Source of the DNA: Catajapyx aquilonaris
Taxonomy: Eukaryota
Direction of reading: 5' to 3'
Assembly (NCBI GenBank): GCA_000934665.2
Contig: JYFJ02001119.1
Coordinates: forward strand, 62,001 to 90,342
DNA: 28,342 bases
The translations under genes were made by a program, and so were the position numbers. The first letter of the stretch is position 1, and every line of letters begins with the position of its first letter. The notes under the pieces were generated by a model. It searched no databases, was not told the DNA's origin, and saw only the letters and a list, made by a program, of their open reading frames with translations. Below, piece by piece: positions 22,701-28,342 of this stretch.

Positions 22701-24512
22701 CTCTTTCCCCATTTTCCAGCTATGGTAGTAAAGACTTCCGGCTAAGAAATTGTGGCGAAAATGCCAAAAATGCAAAAACCTTTCAAATCCATAATTTGAA
22801 TGAAATGCTACTAGATAATTTCTCGTTCGTACAGTTATTGCAATCTTCATTTTTCATCTGCATATTTCCAATTATTTTTCTGAACAATTGAAAGGACTTT
22901 TTCCAGCGACATTTACGGCCTCCAGCATCAATCCCACACCATGCCTTTTTTTTCTTCCCAAGAAAAAGTGGGTTTATCAGTATTTGCCGAACACCCTGCG
23001 CTAAATCCGGGGTCATTTTGAGACGCATAAAACTGGTTTTACTACTCCTAGGAAAACGCAAGACGCAGTTGCAACTTCACATCCGTTTCGGTCCATCGGA
23101 CTAGTGTAAATTCCTTCAAAAGCTCTGCATTTTTTTTAAAAAAAAAACAGAAACGCTCTTCTTGGTTAATAAAAATCACCTGCTTTGATAACCGGTTGTG
23201 CAATAATTCCTCCCCAGTGGTGAAACCGCAAAAAAAGGCCGTTTGATCCCATATTTGATCGCGTTTTAAACCAACACGTGTGCACCCCTAATAAGCTGCA
23301 TGGCCGTAATTTTTTTCCTTTTTTGCTCACCGCTTCATTTGGGACCCATTTCGTTGGGTCCCTTTGGATGAAGTGAAAAAAAAAAAAAATCGGGGCCATC
23401 CCTTTGATTAGTTTACACCGCCGATGCAATGGAGCCATCAAGGGGAGATTTGGCTTTGATCCCAGTGGCAAAATCCGGCTTGCGAAGTCCCCCACCCATC
23501 ATTCGCGTTGCCAAAATACGAAAAAGAAAAAGTGTCGGTTACCTAACGTCGTCGGGGTTCACACTTTGGGTCGTTGGTTTACTGTAGGAGTCGAGACAAC
23601 TTACGAACACAACCGAGTGCGCACCACAGTCTGCGCAGAGTGCACGGTTGGAATCAATGATATCTGGTAAGCTCTCATCTCACTAAAAAGTTTCGAGCGA
23701 AAATTTCATTCAAAAAAGGAGCAATTTCGCCCAGTGCTCATTTTGAGTGAATTTCACTGTAGTGCAAAGATTTAGCCTACATTAACTCACATCGAATGGA
23801 AAATTACTCGATTTCTTAAAGAATGTACATAGTTGGTGCACTGCACTACACTTATTTCCAACGCTACGCTTGCGGGAACAAAATGGTCGACGTTGCGACG
23901 TTGTCAGAACCCATAACAACGAAGCTGCGCGAGAATGGGTGCGCCGCACTCGGTAGTCACGTGTTAGTTGTCCCATCAGAGACAAGCAACTTTTTACGAA
24001 CGCAAGCGAGTGCGCACAACAGTATGCGCATAGTGCACGGTTGGAATTATCAATGATATATGGTATTATAGTTGGTGTACTGGTAGATACACATTGCACT
24101 TATTTCCAACGCTACGATTGGGGGGGGGGGGGGGNNNNNNNNGGGGGGGGGGGAGGGAACAAAATGGCCGACGTTTGTCAGCTGCGCGAGAGTGGGTGCG
24201 CCGCACTCGGTAGTCACATGTCAGTTGTCCAATCAGAGACATGCTGATTTGTTGGTCCCAACAACAACCGCAACGACTGTCGTGTGAACACGAGCCAATA
24301 AACTCACCCAGCGAGAAGAGCCCACTGTTGAGCATGGACAACTTGATGGTGTTGGGAATGGACACGAGCGAGGTGCTGGCCGATGCCAAGTACTTGGTCT
24401 TCTTCTTCGGCTTCTCCAGGTCCGAGTACCTGGTGCTGGACCTGGACCTGTGCTTGTGTCTCCTCTCGCTGTGCTGGCTGCTGGTGCCACCCTGCCTCTC
24501 GCTGTGACCCAT
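7718..24512 (-). CDS. Ptp36E: Cytoplasmic tandem-domain (D1+D2) protein tyrosine phosphatase-family protein, Ptp36E-like, probably a pseudophosphatase; 16 coding exons, ~683 aa
   Basis: Exons: 24308-24512, 12103-12218, 11286-11373, 11141-11217, 10939-11073, 10739-10876, 10510-10667, 10307-10442, 10096-10245, 9929-10028, 9579-9655, 9359-9490, 9124-9249 (GC donor), 8412-8599, 8212-8347, 7718-7807; 2052 nt, phases consistent. D1 motifs: DYINASYVD, YIVTQGP, DFWRLVW, IVMLT, CVQYWP, VVVHCSDGAGRSG, QYKFVY. D2 motifs: KNRD, DYINAVFVD, DFWSLIYDH, VVSPDGRSRCG, EYKYCY. No signal peptide or TM helix. The PTP family call is firm. The Ptp36E orthology is from recall and needs a reciprocal BLAST, and the exon 1-2 link across 12 kb is inferred from phase. 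Confidence 0.9.
7856..8086. mobile_element. Non-autonomous repeat with subterminal inverted repeats (Helentron/DINE-1-like), copy A, in the last PTP intron
   Basis: Perfect 15-bp inverted repeat AACCGAGTGCGCACC (7865-7879) / GGTGCGCACTCGGTT (8072-8086). Internal blocks CACGGTTGGAATTATCAA, CACTTATTTCCAACGCTA and GGGAACAAAATGG are shared with the copies at 23.6-24.2 kb. Confidence 0.7.
12063..12086 (+). repeat. Short (GAA)n purine microsatellite
   Basis: aagaaaaagaagaagaagaagaaa in PTP intron 2, close to the exon 2 donor. Confidence 0.5.
23601..23990. mobile_element. Same repeat family, copy B, carrying an extra ~160-bp insertion
   Basis: Starts TTACGAACACAACCGAGTGCGCACCACAGT, contains CACTTATTTCCAACGCTACG and GGGAACAAAATGG, ends CGCACTCGGTAGTCACGTGTTAGTTGTCCCATCAGAGACAAGCAAC. 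The segment ~23670-23828 is absent from copies A and C. Confidence 0.7.
23991..24245. mobile_element. Same repeat family, copy C, head-to-tail with copy B, with a central poly-G tract
   Basis: Begins TTTTTACGAACGCAAGCGAGTGCGCACAACAGT immediately after copy B, has the same conserved blocks, and ends CGCACTCGGTAGTCACATGTCAGTTGTCCAATCAGAGACA. Poly-G with N gap at ~24120-24153. Confidence 0.7.
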
Positions 24513-24900
24513 CTTTTCAGGATGACCTAAGCTATTCCCGCTGCTGCTTTTTCCCGCGCCTATGGTTGATTTTCTTGCGAATTGTTTTGGCGTCTATTCG
24601 CACCCGATTTTTTAAATAATATATGTAATAAAAAGTATACACTTGGTTTCTTTTGCACTGGTATGATCCGGTCGGATGGGAGGATCTGGTGCGACTGATG
24701 TTGGCGTGTCGGGCGCTCTTGTCAAAACGTGCTGCTCCAGCCCAAGCCACGCCCCCGTGACGCCATCGACGCCTTGCCTTGCCAATCTACACACTACTAA
24801 CAAAAGTGCACGGTTTGGGAAAACAATTGCTTATTTTGAGTGGATCCTTACTATCCAGAGCCACACGTCAGTCTCTCTTGCCCGAAGGAGATGTCTAATT
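24513..24900 (-). promoter_or_regulatory. Putative 5' UTR/promoter of the PTP gene
   Basis: CpG-enriched stretch upstream of the ATG with GCCACGCCCC (KLF/SP-like, ~24746), TGACG half-site and CCAAT (~24782). TSS and any non-coding exon cannot be determined. Confidence 0.3.
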
Positions 24901-25452
24901 TACAGGCGTAAATGGCAACAATAAGTAAAAAAACCCGATAATAAAGTGCACCCATTTCGGTTGTGTGTGTGTTGGACTAATTGGATTGTAATTAGCTTGT
25001 TAGTCGGGCTGTTTACCAAATCAAACGGGCCAAATTTCCGGTCGCGTGCCAATTAATGTTAGTATAGTTAGATGACATAATTACAGCTCAGTGCGGAATA
25101 TGTGACACCCACTTGTAACGCCAGTTTTAATATCATTAGTCTATATAAATTTTTAAAAAATGACAATTATGTAATAGCTACACTAATTATTCATTTTCGG
25201 CGGTTAACCCATAGGACAAGAGAACAACGAAGATCAGAAAGGTTAATGTGTACATTTATTTCTCGCACAGAATTATGTGATTGTGTGAGTATTGATTCAA
25301 GTTCATTCTCTCGTGGTATGACCTACAGTGTAAGACAACCTGTAATTAAATCCAGTCGAATACTGTCTATCCTCAGTAGACCAATATAGTGAAGGTAAAA
25401 ATTATACTTCTCCGGGAATAGTATGCCGCCCAATATTGTATCAATGGGAGGA

Positions 25453-25551
25453 ATTTTCGTCCCACTGCTATAGTTACTGCTAACTTAGCAGTGCCAGTGC
25501 TGGGAATGGTTACTGCTAAGTTATAGCAGTAAATAGCAGTGGGACGAAAAT
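25453..25551. repeat. ~100-bp foldback/MITE-like inverted repeat
   Basis: Perfect 19-bp arms ATTTTCGTCCCACTGCTAT (25453-25471) / ATAGCAGTGGGACGAAAAT (25533-25551), with inner imperfect arms TTACTGCTAACTTAGCAGT / ACTGCTAAGTTATAGCAGTAA. Confidence 0.75.
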
Positions 25552-28084
25552 ATTCCATCTAATATCTGCAAAGTGACCGACATTTATTTCATTCCTGTTT
25601 TCCTCGATGAGCGCTTACCAAAATAATTAAACATTAACAATGAAATGCATGTCGTCAATCTTTGTAAACCACCTTGATACAGTTCGGCATTACTAGAATT
25701 ACACAATTGAATTGATGGTAGAAGGAGTTCTCATTTTGCAAACAATCGGCATTGTGTCATTCGTTTCTATATTTATTTCACCTACTAACAATGCATGATG
25801 TAGCTCACTCTGCTGTTAACGAGTTCCTTCGTTATGCTATGCCCAGGGGCAGACTCAACAATTTTGCAAAACCAAAATCCACTCTCCTCCACAACGCAAA
25901 AAGCATGGAATGACATCATCACATGCAGATGCTCTTAAAATACCATTAACACAACTATAATATGCTTTAATGTAATTAGCGACTAGGAATATTAAACTGA
26001 CACCAGTATATGCAAAGCACCGTGGAATTTTGTGTCCCGACCAAAAACTGCGCATTCACAAAGTGGAGTCAAATTGATAAAAGCATACCGGGCAATTGCA
26101 CTTAATTTGAGCCGTGATTATGCAACAAACCTTGCTGATTGCACTCACTCGCCAATTTGCTTCATACCATCAGAGAAGAGCCTACTCTGATGACTCAGCA
26201 TATGGAAACACCCATAGTAAATGCGTATGTAGCACTCATGTACTTCACTATGGATAATACTAAAATAAAGATCAAGGCATGTTTCCTCTACTTTGTCTCG
26301 GTCTGAAAACAGCCATTAAATATTCACCTGTTGAAGTTTACTCGCATTCAGAGCACCATCTCGGCAAACAGTAGGTTACGTACAGGTTAAGGCACACATT
26401 CTCAGTTTAAATAGAATAATTTGCAACTAGTTTACTTTGCGACTTTGCTTGTTGAACTGTTTTTCGCCAAAATTACAAATTCGCAATAAGTGTTGATGAC
26501 GAAAGTGTTTACATTACCTCTTAAGAATTCTTCTTTGGCTTGCTGCTGTCTCTGGATTATTTCCGGGCTTCGGTACCACTTGCTGCAAAAAAAATAACAT
26601 GTGGAAAATGTACAACCACCACCTTCCGGATATTATTTGTTACATGTACAGTACCTGAGGTAATTGAGTGTAGCGATGGCAAGGAAGAAGACAGTGACCA
26701 AAATGCAACCGAACCAGGTCCACCCTCCTTCTGAGATTCCACAGCACTCTGGATCTTCGAATGCTCCTGGAAAAAAGGTCCGCACACTTTTTGGATAATG
26801 TCAGATGTATACAGACGTTGTATGTACTACCCAGGCTCAGGTAGTACCTGTCAGGTTCTGCAGGACGGACAAATGCGAGTCGTTAATGGCCATGGCAACA
26901 TCCTTGTCCGCTGCAACCGATCCCATCCGAAGTGAATGCCCAACTTATCCCCATACCCAGGAAGTGACTTGTATACATATGTGCCTGCCACCGACGATTA
27001 CACTCGGGTGTTACTCAAGCGGCATTGAAAACATAGAGCTACTGTAACTATCATTGTTCGTGGGCAGGGCTTAAAAAAAACCCCTCAGCACGTGACGAGG
27101 ACATGCAAACTAATAGATTCATGGCCACAGACACTTGACAATGCAGAGACACTTTGCAATAATATTGAATGTCAAGGAACTGCGGTAGTTACGTGCAAAT
27201 AAAACGCGTGTTTCCGCTCACAGATTGATATGATTGAGTACGTTGATCAGGCCAGACGCATATTAAGTTAATGAAAGTGAATTGTGCCATGCAGCCTGTG
27301 TACATTCAATGTGCACGCGTCATGTGTATACTGTACAGTGTACAGCACGTCATTGACAGGCATCCGGAAACTTTGTTGCGTTTTATAAGCGCGAGTCGAC
27401 GGGGGAAAAAAATGTCGCCACCACAGGGCACAGCACAGGCAACTAAAGTGTCACGAGTGTGGTGTGGGTGACATAATTCCGAAATTTTATTGCAATAATA
27501 TTACTGGCTAGTTAATGGTCGGTTGAATGTAAAGTTAAGCAAAGTTAATTCTTCGACGTATTTTTTCCCCCCTCCATTCGTTAGCGTTCATTCATACAAC
27601 CGGACGCTATTTAATATGTGTTTGAGGTCGTCCTTTCAACAGTCAAAATTCAGTTTCTCATTGCAGCGCAATCAAAATTAATTTTCTCATTACGTACAGC
27701 ACTTAAACAAAGCTACAACGTAGGCTACTGCTTTTTTTTTTGTCCGAGTAGATTAAACAGCTTGTTTGACTTGTGGAAAACATGTGGTAGTTTTTTTCTG
27801 TGCATGTCCATGTGTCCAAATAATGCAGGACCTACATAAAGCAAGCTTGTGTGTATGCACATTGCCTCTAGGCACAACCTTTTGTTGACGGTGGGACAAT
27901 AAACGAGCCAAAAAAAACAGCGCAATATGGACCAGCTGGATATGTATATCTCAAAAACAAGTCGATATGTTAGCTGTACTAAACATGACCTTGTACTAAC
28001 ACCGAATAATGAGAATAATTCACATTACAGCAGCAGTTCATGTTGATTCATACTTCCGCGCCATCTGTTGAGATTAGCTTCAAT

Positions 28085-28223
28085 CAGTGTTGCCATCGTA
28101 CGTCATTTTTAATTAATTTAAGATATTACGTCACGATTATTTTTGTTAATTATTGTTAAATTATATTGTTAATGATTTAAGTTGGAATCAATTCACTTTT
28201 CGTTCGATCACCTGGCAACACTT
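28085..28223. mobile_element. AT-rich hAT-like MITE
   Basis: Ends CAGTGTTGCCA (28085-28095) and TGGCAACACT (28213-28222), a 10-bp perfect inverted repeat of the CAGTGTTGCC hAT-type terminus. No 8-bp TSD visible. Confidence 0.5.
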
Positions 28224-28245
28224 GATAGTTCTGCTGGCTCACTGC

Positions 28246-28342
28246 CAGTGTTACCAGATGTACCATAATTATGGTATTCATACCATAATTTCGGGTTCCG
28301 TACCATGTACCATAATGGTACGCAAAAAGTACCATTATTTTG
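28246..28342. mobile_element. Left end of a second hAT-like element, running off the window
   Basis: CAGTGTTACCAGATG terminus followed by repeated TACCAT/ATGGTA subterminal motifs in both orientations. Confidence 0.5.

Noticed and set aside
12219..23600. Hidden genes, tRNAs, snoRNAs or CRISPR-like arrays in the 12-kb PTP intron
   Set aside because: By eye I saw no cloverleaf, no properly spaced C/D boxes on the host strand, no regular repeat-spacer array and no recognisable coding exon; a covariance-model search (Rfam/tRNAscan) would be needed to exclude them.
24495..24512. N-myristoylation at MGHSER of the PTP
   Set aside because: Gly2 is present but position 6 is Arg rather than Ser/Thr, a poor match to the consensus.

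Overview
Intron-rich eukaryotic (invertebrate, probably arthropod-like) genomic DNA with two tandem minus-strand genes that I rebuilt exon by exon. (1) PPWD1, a WD40 plus cyclophilin spliceosomal PPIase: 11 coding exons, 5919->730, about 625 aa. (2) A cytoplasmic tandem-domain protein tyrosine phosphatase resembling Drosophila Ptp36E: 16 coding exons, 24512->7718, about 683 aa, with a 12-kb first intron, one GC-AG intron and degenerate catalytic motifs in both domains. The most notable feature lies in PPWD1 intron 1: an internally deleted PIF/Harbinger transposon (TIRs at about 4314 and 5670). Its transposase survives only as a short stop-containing remnant, but its 3-exon MADF-BESS gene is intact. 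That gene has its own AATAAA and a good 3' splice site that would join PPWD1 exon 1 to it in frame, making it a candidate exon-trap or domesticated fusion isoform. Also present are a Harbinger-type MITE, a three-copy Helentron/DINE-1-like repeat family, hAT-like MITE ends and a foldback element. Family assignments come from motif recognition by eye, not from database searches.
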